Below are positions 39,187-49,188 of a stretch of 64,000 nucleotides of DNA, piece by piece. The DNA is from Akkermansia muciniphila (GTDB lineage Bacteria; Verrucomicrobiota; Verrucomicrobiia; Limisphaerales; UBA9464): positions 6,032 through 70,031 of the forward strand of contig CAMAUY010000008.1 in the NCBI GenBank assembly GCA_945861565.1. Reading direction: 5' to 3'. The translations under genes were made by a program, and so were the position numbers. The notes beneath the pieces are model-generated. The model was given only the letters and a program-made list of their open reading frames with translations. It was not told the origin of the DNA and made no database searches. How positions within the stretch are numbered: the stretch's first letter is position 1; each line of letters opens with the position of its first letter.

Positions 39187-40061
39187 TAAAGCCAGCGGGA
39201 GATTCGAGATGCGGCATCGAGTTCAATGCCCTGACGGCGAAACGCCCAGCACATGTAACTCACGCTGACAAAGTAGGAGGCCGGCACACGATTCGCCGCG
39301 CAGATTTTGACTCCCAGAAGCGTCGTGCGCCCGCCAAAACCCATTGGACCGATTCCCAGATCATTGGCGGTTTTAAGTATATCCTGTTCCAGGGCATCCA
39401 GCGTCGGATTCGGGTTGCGGTCGCCGAGCAGCCGGAGGAACTGTTGCTTGCTGAATTCGTAACCCGTCGCCCGATCACCGCCAATGCACACACCCAAGAC
39501 TCCGGGACCACAGCCTTTCCCCTGCGCCTGCAAGACCGCGTCCAGGATCACCCGGCGACACCCGTCCAAATCCCGGTTCGCGTGCAGTGTCTCCTGAGGC
39601 AGCGAATACTGGGCTCCCACATTCTCGCAGCCGCCGCCCTTGAGCACGAGGCGCACCTCGGTTGCCGCCCCCCGATGTTGATGAAAATGGACCGTGGGCG
39701 AACCCGGACCAAGATTTGTCCCGTCGTTTTTGCCCGTGATGGAGTCGACTGAATTCTGCCGGAGGAATCCCTTCCGCGTTGCCTCCTTCACCGCCTCCCG
39801 GGCGACTTCCTCGAACGTCACCGTGTCGAAGTGGACGGGACACGTGACATAGAAGATGACAGACCCGGTGTCCTGGCAGATGGGCTGTGACTTCCGCTTC
39901 GCCAGTTCGATGTTCCGTTCGATGATCCGCATCGCACTCTCGGCGATCGTTCCCTTCTTCTCGGATTCCAGCGAACGCACCAGGGCTTCGTTCACATCAT
40001 CGGGGATCTCCGCCGAAGACCGTCGGATCAGTTCGATCAAGGATTCTAGCAGTACGGACAT
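39183..40061 (-). CDS. Class I fumarate hydratase / L-tartrate dehydratase, alpha subunit
   Basis: PICQDTG, KGGGCEN, GCGPG..GVCIGG, GIGPMGFGG, CWAFRR (Fe-S Cys residues). Confidence 0.92.
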   Translation of the reverse strand: MSVLLESLIELIRRSSAEIPDDVNEALVRSLESEKKGTIAESAMRIIERNIELAKRKSQPICQDTGSVIFYVTCPVHFDTVTFEEVAREAVKEATRKGFLRQNSVDSITGKNDGTNLGPGSPTVHFHQHRGAATEVRLVLKGGGCENVGAQYSLPQETLHANRDLDGCRRVILDAVLQAQGKGCGPGVLGVCIGGDRATGYEFSKQQFLRLLGDRNPNPTLDALEQDILKTANDLGIGPMGFGGRTTLLGVKICAANRVPASYFVSVSYMCWAFRRQGIELDAASRISRWLY

Positions 40062-40097
40062 TTCAGACCCCCACTGTGTAAACGCAGGTGCGGCCTG

Positions 40098-41342
40098 TCA
40101 ATGTTGCGTCTGAACATCGAAACACGACACGAGTTCCTGATCACGGAGGAATAATTTTCCACCGCTGACCACGGGATGGGTCCAAATGCGTCCCTGCGGC
40201 TTTCGTTGAGTTGTTGGGGGCGTGAGTTTGAATCGCCCCTTTTCGGACCAGCCCTTGGGTGAGGCGTCGATCATCACCACCGTCCCATCCCCCTCAGAAA
40301 TCAAGTAGAGCATGCCGTCCGCGCAGGTCACGGCCCCTTTGCCGAGATTCTTCGAGGACCAGACTTGTTCACCGGTCTTAAAATCCTGGCAAACCCAGCC
40401 AATCTCGTCCGAATAGCCATAGAGGTGGTCCCCGTATAAAATGACGCCTCCATGGTGGTTTTTCATGACCTTATTTTCATAGAGGAGGACGGGCTGCCCG
40501 TCTTCGCCGAGTCTGACGGATTTGCACCCGGTACCATAGCCGGCACTCACATAGACCTGATCTCCAGCAACGATCGGCGTGGGGATCACCGCGACCCGAC
40601 CTGAGAAGCCCGTCTTCCAAAGTACCTTGCCATCGGTCGGACCCACGCCGACGATGCTATTCGCCGTCAGCTGCACATATTGAGGTGCACCTCGAATCGT
40701 GGCCGGCACAATGGATGGATAGTGGGCTCCATCGGTAAATCCTGTCGTTTGCCAGCGGACTTTGCCGGTCCGCTTGTCGAGAGCGGCGATGGCTCCTTTG
40801 TCGCCGCCCGGAGTGCAGACGACTTGATCCCCGTCCACTAGGGGAGACTCGCAATATCCCCATCCGGGAATTTTGCCTCCCAGCTCGACCATCGAGGCCT
40901 GCCAGACTTGTTTTCCATCCGCGGACTGGAAACATGCCAGGGTGCCTTTTGCGCCCAAAGCGAAGACGTAGTCCCCGTCCACGGTCGGGGTACTCCGCGG
41001 TCCATCTCCCCAGTTGTTCGGATAGCGCTCGCCCAAAGGAGTCGCCCACACCTCCCGGCCGGTCTGGATATCGATGGCTATGACCATTTCGGTCGTGTCC
41101 CGTGCTCCGCAGGTGTAGAGCCGGCCATTGACCACGGAATATCCGGCATAACCCATTCCGGCGTTCTCAAACTGCCAGAGCTTGCGGGGACCCGACGTGG
41201 GCCAGGTTTTCAGCAGTCCCTTTTCGGCGGACACATCGTTGCGAAGCGGACCGCGCCATTGTGGCCAATCCAGCGCCGGAGTGGATGACGACCCCAGAAG
41301 AGCGGCGGCAATCGTGAGTAGGAGAAAGGGAAACACGTTCAT
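40098..41342 (-). CDS. PQQ-like beta-propeller repeat protein (BamB-like, PVC family)
   Basis: Signal peptide; DWPQWRGP, GPRSTPTVDG, YCESPLVDG, WTHPVVSGGKLFLR. Confidence 0.9.
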   Translation of the reverse strand: MNVFPFLLLTIAAALLGSSSTPALDWPQWRGPLRNDVSAEKGLLKTWPTSGPRKLWQFENAGMGYAGYSVVNGRLYTCGARDTTEMVIAIDIQTGREVWATPLGERYPNNWGDGPRSTPTVDGDYVFALGAKGTLACFQSADGKQVWQASMVELGGKIPGWGYCESPLVDGDQVVCTPGGDKGAIAALDKRTGKVRWQTTGFTDGAHYPSIVPATIRGAPQYVQLTANSIVGVGPTDGKVLWKTGFSGRVAVIPTPIVAGDQVYVSAGYGTGCKSVRLGEDGQPVLLYENKVMKNHHGGVILYGDHLYGYSDEIGWVCQDFKTGEQVWSSKNLGKGAVTCADGMLYLISEGDGTVVMIDASPKGWSEKGRFKLTPPTTQRKPQGRIWTHPVVSGGKLFLRDQELVSCFDVQTQH

Positions 41343-41511
41343 GACGAGTACGGGGGCAGACTGGATCAAACTGGGATAATTGCAAGATGGCAGGAGCAGC
41401 CCTGCCGGCGGGTTTAGGTGGGACAATAATTTCGGCATGGATACAACGCACCGACGAACTTGGGTGTCGAAGAGACTTGCTGGTTTTGAGCGAACTCGTT
41501 GCAGTGTTCCC

Positions 41512-43422
41512 ATGTGTTGCGGCTTTCCAAGAGTTCTCGTTGCCACCGTCCTCCTGCTTTGGGTCCGGCCTGGCTTCGGAGCGAATGCAGGCGGCAGTCC
41601 CACCGAGGCGCTGGCGGCAATGCTGCAACGGGTGGCAGGACTATTCGACCCGACGAACAATCAGACGCTAACGACGATTCTCGAAGTCGTCCGGCAGGAG
41701 GGGTTACCGGTGGAACTAGCCGGTCGCCGGGCCGAAGTTATGATGCAGGTTCCGGATTTGCTTCGAATCAAAGCCGAGATCGAGAAGGAAACGTTTGAGA
41801 TTGGCCGCGAACACCAGGAGATTTGGATCTGGGAACCGGGGAAAAACTTCGGGCTTCGCGGTGTTCCAGGAATGGCCCTTTATAGGACTGCTCCCGGCAA
41901 GATCGACAAGAGCCTCCTCGATCCGATCAGCCTGTTGATACCGCGGGAGCAGTTGGCGATGGTGCCATTGTTATTTCAGGTGGAGGCGATGCCCGGGACG
42001 GAGATAGCGGGCGAACGATGCGCAGTGTTGCGCGCCGAGGTTATACCCCAGGCGCGGGCCCTCATCAAGGAACTGCCGGCGGGATCGATTACTTTTTGGG
42101 TCCGCGAACGGGACGGTCTTCCGGTTCAAATCGGCTATGCGGACGGCAAGGGTATCGACGCCGCCGTGGCGTTTCGAAACCTCCGATTGCAACCGGCGGT
42201 GCCGGTGGAGGCCTGGCATCTTTCGACGCCAACCGGAGCAAAGGTTGAACGGGTCGCCCTGTCTCATCTCAAGAAGTTTTTTCCCGCCGCGCTGTCGGTG
42301 TTGACCACCCGGGTGAAACCCCTGGGGCCCGCTACGGGGGTGCGCACTGTGGTGGCTTCGCACGGTCTCGGGCGCCTGGAAAATCACGATGGAACTCGTG
42401 TGTTGTTTCTAAAGGGCACCCCGGAGGAGATGGGGGAGCAGCACGGAAAGCTCTTGAAGCGGGAGGTGAAAGACCTCGTAAGCCGGGTTCTATATGGAGT
42501 CGGCGTGGGCAGTTCTTTCGCAAAGGGCCGCTGGTTCTTTGGAGAAATCGAGGATTGTCAGGCCCGCATTCAACCGTTCGTCGGCGACCGGTTTCTGCGC
42601 GAAATGGATTCGCTCGCAAAGGCGAGCGGTCACGATCGCGAGGAATTGCGTTTGGCCAACTTTTTCCCCGAACTTTTCCACTGCTCTGGTTTTTGTCTCT
42701 TTGGCGATGCAACCGAAGGTGGACACATGTATCATGGGCGCGTCCTGGATTATATGAAGGGGATCGGGCTTGAACCCAATGCCACCGTGATTGTCCATCA
42801 ACCCGACCAGGGAAATGCCTGGGTCAACATCAGCTACGCCGGCTTCGTGGGAAGTGTCACGGCGATGAACGAGAAACACCTCTCGATGGGCGAGATGGGG
42901 GGTCGGGGTGAGGGTCAGTGGGACGGCAAACCGATGGCGCAGTTGGTCCGGGAAGTGATGGAGAGTGCCTCCACCCTCGACGAAGCGATCGCGATCCTTC
43001 GCCAGGGGCCCCGGACCTGTGAGTACTACTATGTGATCGCCGACGGGAACAAAAAAACGGCCGTGGGCATCGCCGCGACACCCACGACCTTTGCGGTGAT
43101 CCGCCCAGGCGAAAGCTATCAGGGTCTGCCGCAGGCAATTCACGACGCCTTACTGCTCAGCGCCGGCAACCGCTATCAGGAACTCGCCAAACGCGTGCAG
43201 GCCAGCCACGGAAAGTTTACCGCCGCGTCGGCCCGCGAACTGATGACACGCCCGGTCTGCATGACCTCGAACATCCATAGCGTCCTGTTTTGTCCGGACA
43301 CGCTTGATTTTTGGGTTGCGAATGCGGATGAGGCGAATCCAGCCAGCCACTGCCGATACACTCAATACAACCTTGCGGCGCTCCTCATGGGGGGGGCGAA
43401 GTCCGGACCAAGGCCAAAGTAG
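41512..43422 (+). CDS. C45-family Ntn-hydrolase (AAT/acid ceramidase-like) with N-terminal LolA-like domain
   Basis: GTPEEMGEQHG, FH-CSGF autocleavage Cys, GRVLDY, GSVTAMNEK; N-terminal beta-rich region (MQVPDLLRIK...IWIWEP...TFWVRERDGLP). Confidence 0.75.
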   Translation: MCCGFPRVLVATVLLLWVRPGFGANAGGSPTEALAAMLQRVAGLFDPTNNQTLTTILEVVRQEGLPVELAGRRAEVMMQVPDLLRIKAEIEKETFEIGREHQEIWIWEPGKNFGLRGVPGMALYRTAPGKIDKSLLDPISLLIPREQLAMVPLLFQVEAMPGTEIAGERCAVLRAEVIPQARALIKELPAGSITFWVRERDGLPVQIGYADGKGIDAAVAFRNLRLQPAVPVEAWHLSTPTGAKVERVALSHLKKFFPAALSVLTTRVKPLGPATGVRTVVASHGLGRLENHDGTRVLFLKGTPEEMGEQHGKLLKREVKDLVSRVLYGVGVGSSFAKGRWFFGEIEDCQARIQPFVGDRFLREMDSLAKASGHDREELRLANFFPELFHCSGFCLFGDATEGGHMYHGRVLDYMKGIGLEPNATVIVHQPDQGNAWVNISYAGFVGSVTAMNEKHLSMGEMGGRGEGQWDGKPMAQLVREVMESASTLDEAIAILRQGPRTCEYYYVIADGNKKTAVGIAATPTTFAVIRPGESYQGLPQAIHDALLLSAGNRYQELAKRVQASHGKFTAASARELMTRPVCMTSNIHSVLFCPDTLDFWVANADEANPASHCRYTQYNLAALLMGGAKSGPRPK

Positions 43423-43455
43423 GCGCTCACCGAAGAATCTCCCGGCCCCGCATCC

Positions 43456-44361
43456 TCAAGTCGGCGAAAATTCGTCGGCGTGATACGAGCTCCGCACCAG
43501 CGGTCCGCTGGCGACGCGCATAAATCCCAATTTCTCCCCCAGCCGACGCCAGCGTTCGAATTGTTCCGGTCGAATGAATTCGACCACGGGCAGATGTTTT
43601 AGCGTGGGCTGAAGGTACTGGCCCAGCGTGAGCATTTCGCAGCCCACCGCGCGCAAATCCTGCAGGGCTTCGAGGACCTCCTCCTCCTTTTCACCCAACC
43701 CCAGCATCAGCCCGGATTTCGTGTGCAATCCAGAACCTCCCCGCGCCCGGGCTTTGCCCAAAACGCGTAAGGATCGGTTGTAGGTTGCCCGGTGACGAAC
43801 CGAAGGCGTCAGACGGCGGACGGTCTCGAGGTTGTGATTAAAAATATGGGGGTGAGCGTCGAGGACAAGATCGAGCGCCTCGTCGTTGTCGAGAAAGTCC
43901 GGAGTCAAAACTTCGATGATGATGCCCGGGTTCGCCGCGCGCACCGCATGAATCGTCGCTTGGAAATGGCGAGCACCTCCGTCGCCAAGATCATCCCGGG
44001 CCACCGCTGTGATCACGACGTGCTTTAGTCCCATGCGGCGGGTGGCTTCGGCGACTCGGCTTGGCTCGTCTAGATCGAGAGGCAGAGGTTTGGCGGTCGC
44101 GACGGCGCAGAACCCGCAGGCCCGCGTGCAGCGATCCCCCGCAATCATGAACGTCGCGGTTCCCCGGCTCCAGCATTCCCATTGGTTCGGGCAGCGGGCG
44201 CTTTCGCAGACCGAGTGCAGGCGGAGGTCGTCGAGCAGCGTTCGGGTGCGGGTGAAGCTGCTGCTGCTGGGCAGATTCACTTTTAACCACTCAGGAAGCC
44301 GCGGCCGCTGGGTCACGGTGACGGCTGCCACGAAGGGCGTTGAACTGGTGCAAGAACTCAT
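43456..44361 (-). CDS. lipA: Lipoyl synthase
   Basis: CESARCPNQWEC, CTRACGFC, HNLETV, TKSGLMLGLGE, GPLVRSSYHA. Confidence 0.97.
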   Translation of the reverse strand: MSSCTSSTPFVAAVTVTQRPRLPEWLKVNLPSSSSFTRTRTLLDDLRLHSVCESARCPNQWECWSRGTATFMIAGDRCTRACGFCAVATAKPLPLDLDEPSRVAEATRRMGLKHVVITAVARDDLGDGGARHFQATIHAVRAANPGIIIEVLTPDFLDNDEALDLVLDAHPHIFNHNLETVRRLTPSVRHRATYNRSLRVLGKARARGGSGLHTKSGLMLGLGEKEEEVLEALQDLRAVGCEMLTLGQYLQPTLKHLPVVEFIRPEQFERWRRLGEKLGFMRVASGPLVRSSYHADEFSPT

Positions 44362-44541
44362 CGCGGGCGTCTGTTTGTCGTCGTCCAGCGATGTTGGCAA
44401 TGAGATTGTGAGGCAATTGCTCGGTCGCCGCGGTGCCGATGGCACTGTTTGTGACCCGCACTTTCCCGGGAGCGAAACCGCGAGATATTCCATCTCGGAC
44501 TTCCCACTCGCGGGGCTTAGCCACTAACATCCGGCCCGCCG

Positions 44542-45756
44542 ATGCCAATCGAAGCACCCCTAGAACCACGCCGAGTCCTTTTCGTCGACCACGTCAGCAA
44601 GGTGCTGGGTGGCGCGGAAGTGAATCTCGTGGAATTGCTCGGTCTGCCGGCGGCGCGGGAGCGGTGGCAGGTGGCGGTTGCCTGCTCCCCGGGGAGTGTG
44701 CTCGCGGCAACTCTCGAGAAAATCGGTGTTCGCTGTTTCACGTATGGACTCGCTCCGGCCTTGAACGAACTGCGCGTCATCGGACGAGGGTTCCAACCGC
44801 TCGCCAAACTACGCGGGTGGCGTGAAATTCGGAACGCCGAGGCCCGACTCAGCGAGATTCTTCGCGAATTCCGGCCGCACGCCGTAATTTCGTGCACCAA
44901 CAAGGATCATTTCGCCGCTGGGGCGGCGGCGAAAGCTGTCGGAATTCCCAGTCTCTGGTGGGTCAATGACTTGATGACCCATGACTTCTTTTCCTGGGCG
45001 GTCCGGAAGGTTTTTGTCCGGCGGGCCGAAAACACTGCCACCCGGCTCCTTCCCGTATCCGACGCCGCACGCCAAGCGCTGCTGGAGGGCGGACTTTCCT
45101 CGGCACGCATCACTACAATCCCCAACGGAATCCCCCTCGACCGTTATCAGCAGTCGCGGTCGCGACTTCTCCGCGAGCAATTGCGGCTAGGCGACAAGGA
45201 ACCGCTGTTCGGCATCGTCGGTCGGATCACGCCGTGGAAGGGGCAGGACTTCTTTGTGCAGATCGCCCGACAGTGGATGGAGGCGGGTCGGGCCGGCCAT
45301 TTCGCCATTATTGGGCGGGCGTTCAATGAAGACGCTCCATTTGAAGCGTCGCTGAAGGAAGAAATCCGCCGGGCCAAACTCGGCAACCGTGTCTCGTTCG
45401 TGCCATTCCAAAACGACATCGCGACCGCGCTTTCAAATCTCGACGTCCTCCTGCATTGCTCCGTTCGGCCGGAGCCCTTTGGCCGGGTGATCATCGAGGC
45501 GATGGCCGTAGGTGTCCCGGTGATTGCGGCTCGTGCGGGGGGAGTGCCGGAGATTATCACGGAGAATGTGGACGGATCCATGGTGACCCCGGGTCATATC
45601 GCGGACTATGTGCAGGAGTTGAACACACTCATGACGATCGCTGGACGGCGCCAGTCATGGATCCGGGCGGGACGCAAGAAAGTGGCTACCCGTTTCACGT
45701 TAGACCGGGTATTTGGGGATTTTGAACGTGTCCTGAGAGAAGTGACGGCCGGTTGA
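44542..45756 (+). CDS. Glycosyltransferase family 4
   Basis: LGGAE, IPNGI, VGRITPWKG, EPFGRVIIEAMAVG. Confidence 0.92.
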   Translation: MPIEAPLEPRRVLFVDHVSKVLGGAEVNLVELLGLPAARERWQVAVACSPGSVLAATLEKIGVRCFTYGLAPALNELRVIGRGFQPLAKLRGWREIRNAEARLSEILREFRPHAVISCTNKDHFAAGAAAKAVGIPSLWWVNDLMTHDFFSWAVRKVFVRRAENTATRLLPVSDAARQALLEGGLSSARITTIPNGIPLDRYQQSRSRLLREQLRLGDKEPLFGIVGRITPWKGQDFFVQIARQWMEAGRAGHFAIIGRAFNEDAPFEASLKEEIRRAKLGNRVSFVPFQNDIATALSNLDVLLHCSVRPEPFGRVIIEAMAVGVPVIAARAGGVPEIITENVDGSMVTPGHIADYVQELNTLMTIAGRRQSWIRAGRKKVATRFTLDRVFGDFERVLREVTAG

Positions 45757-46964
45757 TGCGCTTCCTATTTCTAACGCTCGGCTATTCGCCTGATATCGAT
45801 GGGGGTGGCTACCGGTACGCGACCGAGGTGGCTGAGCTGCTAGCCCGGCGCGGCCACGAAGTCCATGCCGTGTTTCCCAACCCCGGCAATTTGTTCCCGG
45901 CCCGGGAAATCCGAAAGAACGTCTCGCTTCACCGCCTCGCGAAGGTGGGAGGTGGATTCCTCCGGAATTTCCGCACGACCAATAAGGCGGCGCGCGCGCG
46001 TGTCCGGGAATTACTCGAGGCGAGCTCGGTGCCGACCCTGATATTTTCCCATCACGCCTATCTGGATCCTGCGCTGGTCGGCATCCCGTTCGTAATGATT
46101 CTTCAAGGTCCCTGGGCTCTGGAACATCGGTATTCGGTGAGCTCCCGCCCGCGATCCTTGCCTCGCCGGATCGTGGATCATTTCGCATGCTTGCAGATGC
46201 AGCGCATCGAGCGAAAAGCGTTACAAACCGCCCGCCACATTTGCGTGGCCAGCGAGTACTCACGCGGACGCATCCCCACCTGGCATCCGGGCGTCCATCG
46301 GAACGCCGAAGTGATCGGTGGCGGAGCAGACTTCCAGCGTTTCTGCCCGCTCCCTCGGCGCGTGGCCGTCCGCCAGGAGCTCGGTCTGTCGGAGGGCGAT
46401 TTCCTCTTCTTGGCGGTCCGTCGCCTCGACCCTCGCATGGGTCTCGTCCACCTGGTGGATGGCTTCGCCAGTGTCGCCGGCCGACATCCGAATGCCCGTC
46501 TTTGGATCGCGGGCAAGGGGAATCAAAGGGCGGAATTGGAGTCCCGAATCATGGCAGCGGGAATGTCCCAACAGATCCGGCTGCTCGGTTTTGTGACGGA
46601 GGAAGAGCTGCCACGGCTCTATGGCGCAGCGGATGCCGTCCTCATGCCGTCTTTGGATCTGGAGGGATTTGGGCTCGCCACGGCCGAGGCGCTTGCCTGC
46701 GGAACCCCTGTCTTGGCCTCCGCGGCGGGTGCCAATCCCGAGCTGGTCCGCCCGCTCGGCGAGTGCCTGTTGTTTGAACCCGCCAGCACGGCAGCGCTGG
46801 CCCGTTCGCTGGCAGCGGTGCTGAGCGGTGAAATCCAATTGCCCGCCCGTCCGATTTGTGCAGACTACGCCCGCCGTGAGTTCCGCTGGGATCGGCCCGT
46901 AGATGCCATCGAGCGGGCTTATGCAAACTATGCCATCCCTGGATGGCCTCCCCGCTCCGTGTGA
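45756..46964 (+). CDS. Glycosyltransferase family 4
   Basis: VRRLDPRMG, EGFGLATAEALACG; overlaps the upstream stop (TGATG). Confidence 0.92.
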   Translation: MRFLFLTLGYSPDIDGGGYRYATEVAELLARRGHEVHAVFPNPGNLFPAREIRKNVSLHRLAKVGGGFLRNFRTTNKAARARVRELLEASSVPTLIFSHHAYLDPALVGIPFVMILQGPWALEHRYSVSSRPRSLPRRIVDHFACLQMQRIERKALQTARHICVASEYSRGRIPTWHPGVHRNAEVIGGGADFQRFCPLPRRVAVRQELGLSEGDFLFLAVRRLDPRMGLVHLVDGFASVAGRHPNARLWIAGKGNQRAELESRIMAAGMSQQIRLLGFVTEEELPRLYGAADAVLMPSLDLEGFGLATAEALACGTPVLASAAGANPELVRPLGECLLFEPASTAALARSLAAVLSGEIQLPARPICADYARREFRWDRPVDAIERAYANYAIPGWPPRSV

Positions 46965-48091
46965 AGATTCTTGAACTCGGGAAATTCTATGCCCCCGAGC
47001 GGGGTGGCATCGAGACTTTGCTCCGCAGTCTATGCGAAGGTTTCGTGCGACTGGGAGCCGAAGTCGATTGTGTCGTGGCGAACCGGACCCCACGCACGGT
47101 TAACGAGACGCTGGCCGGCGTTCGGGTGCACCGACTGGCGAGCTGGCGTGAGGCGATGTCCATTTCCCTCACCCCGCGCTATCCTTTCGCCACCCGGCGT
47201 TATCATGCCGATCTGTGGCATGCGCATTTTCCGAATCCGCTGGCGGATCTGGCCGCGATACTCGGGCCGCGTCAAACGCCTCTTATCCTTTCCTGGCACA
47301 GCGACATCGTTCGCCAGACGGCAGCACTCCGATTCTATCTACCCCTTCAGAGGGCGCTCCTGCGCCGGGCGACCCGGATCGTGGTTGCCACTCCCTACCA
47401 CCTAAAATACTCTCCCTACCTGCCGGAATTCGAGAGTAAGTGCGTGATTATTCCCTTTGGGCTGAATCTCGACCGGTTCCAACTGGATGCCGAAGGGCGC
47501 GCCCGCGTCGAATATCTCCGCAGGGAGGCGCAGGGCCGCCGGATTCTGCTCAACGTGGGCCGCCTTGTTGGCTACAAGGGGCAGCGGTATGCACTCCTAG
47601 CGTTACGACGTCTCCCCGGGGCTGTCCTCTGGCTCGTTGGGACCGGTCCCTTGGAATCCGAACTGAAGCGTCTTGCGGGCGAATTCGGAGTCGCCGATCG
47701 TGTCCGCTTCTGGGGTGACATTACGGACGAGGACTTGCCGCGGTTCTTCCATGCCTGCGACGTTTTCATTTTCCCGTCGATCAGCCCGAATGAAGCGTTT
47801 GGCCTAGTGCAAGTTGAAGCGATGGCTTGCAGCAAGCCGGTGGTTGCTTGCCAACTCCGTTCCGGCGTGCCATATGTCTGCGGTGACGGAGTATCCGGTC
47901 TCACGGTGCCTCCCGCAGACGCAGATTCCTTGGCCGACGCCGTCAACGGGTTGCTTTCGAATGACTCGTACCGTCTTCAAATGGGTGCTTCCGGGCGGCA
48001 GCGAGCGCTTTCGGAATTCTCGGAGCCAGTTATGGTTCAGCGTTATTGGGAATTGATCCAGGAGCTGGTGGTGGAACGGATTTCTTCATGA
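46961..48091 (+). CDS. Glycosyltransferase family 4
   Basis: KFY..GGIE, HFPNP, VGRLVGYKG, EAFGLVQVEAMAC; GTGA overlap with the upstream stop. Confidence 0.92.
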   Translation: MKILELGKFYAPERGGIETLLRSLCEGFVRLGAEVDCVVANRTPRTVNETLAGVRVHRLASWREAMSISLTPRYPFATRRYHADLWHAHFPNPLADLAAILGPRQTPLILSWHSDIVRQTAALRFYLPLQRALLRRATRIVVATPYHLKYSPYLPEFESKCVIIPFGLNLDRFQLDAEGRARVEYLRREAQGRRILLNVGRLVGYKGQRYALLALRRLPGAVLWLVGTGPLESELKRLAGEFGVADRVRFWGDITDEDLPRFFHACDVFIFPSISPNEAFGLVQVEAMACSKPVVACQLRSGVPYVCGDGVSGLTVPPADADSLADAVNGLLSNDSYRLQMGASGRQRALSEFSEPVMVQRYWELIQELVVERISS

Positions 48092-49188
48092 ATTCCTATC
48101 GGACCTACCTCGCAGTGCTCGTCCTTTCGACGGCAGGGTCCTACCTGCTGACCCCGCTGGCAATTCGTTTGGCTCATGCCTGGGGTGCCGTCGACTTGCC
48201 GGCTGCCCGCAAGATTCACACCCAACCGATGCCCCGGCTTGGGGGTATTGCTGTATTCTTCGGATTCTGCCTCCCGTGGAGCGGGCTTTACCTGCTGCAC
48301 AATCCAGTTTCGCACATGTTTCAGAACTATGAGGTTCTGTTTTTTTCCCTGATGCTGGGAGCAACCCTGATGCTGGGATTAGGAATCTACGACGACATCC
48401 ACGGTGCTGATGCAACCCAGAAGTTCCTTTTCCAGATCGCAACCGCCTGCCTGCTCTGGAGTTTTGGGTACCGAATTTCGCAGTTCAGCATCCCCTTCGG
48501 ACTTCCCATCGTCTTGCATCCCGCATTGTCACTGGGGGTGACCGTCCTCTGGATTGTCGGCGTAACGAACGCCATTAACCTGCTCGATGGCATCGATGGC
48601 CTCGTGTCGGGAGTGACCGCAGTCATCGCCTTATCGCTCGCGATCATTAACATCTTTTCGAACAATATCCTTCTGGCCCTTCTCACCCTGGCCCTGGCGG
48701 GTGCCTGCCTGGGCTTTCTGCCCTACAACTATTCGCCCGCCCGCATCTTTCTCGGAGACTCCGGCAGCCTGACCATCGGACTGGTTCTGGCCTGCATCGG
48801 TGTGTTATCTTTGTTCAACGATCAAGGCGGCGGCGCGAGCCCATTCATTTCGGTGCCTCTCATCCTATTCGGACTGCCCCTCTTCGACACCGCCCGCGTC
48901 ATGGTCACCCGGCTGCTCTCGGGCGTCCCGATTTTCCAGGCGGACAAAAGCCACGTGCACCATCGACTGCTGGAAATGGGCCTCACTCAGAAACAAGCCG
49001 CGTGGACGTTGTATGGAGTTGCCGCGTTGACCGGCTTCGTCTCCGTAGTCTTGACGACGGTGGAAACGGGTCGACAGCTGTTGCTAAGTGTCCTGTTCGC
49101 CATCCTCAGTGTCGTCACCTTCTTCGTCTGGAAATTCTCCCTGCGCCAGGGAATATCCAAAGCGGCCGAAAAACCGGCCGAAAGCTGA
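48088..49188 (+). CDS. wecA: Undecaprenyl-phosphate GlcNAc-1-phosphate transferase (WecA/MraY family)
   Basis: RKIHTQPMPRLGG, GIYDD, NAINLLDGIDG, FLGDSGS, HVHHRL. Confidence 0.88.
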   Translation: MNSYRTYLAVLVLSTAGSYLLTPLAIRLAHAWGAVDLPAARKIHTQPMPRLGGIAVFFGFCLPWSGLYLLHNPVSHMFQNYEVLFFSLMLGATLMLGLGIYDDIHGADATQKFLFQIATACLLWSFGYRISQFSIPFGLPIVLHPALSLGVTVLWIVGVTNAINLLDGIDGLVSGVTAVIALSLAIINIFSNNILLALLTLALAGACLGFLPYNYSPARIFLGDSGSLTIGLVLACIGVLSLFNDQGGGASPFISVPLILFGLPLFDTARVMVTRLLSGVPIFQADKSHVHHRLLEMGLTQKQAAWTLYGVAALTGFVSVVLTTVETGRQLLLSVLFAILSVVTFFVWKFSLRQGISKAAEKPAES

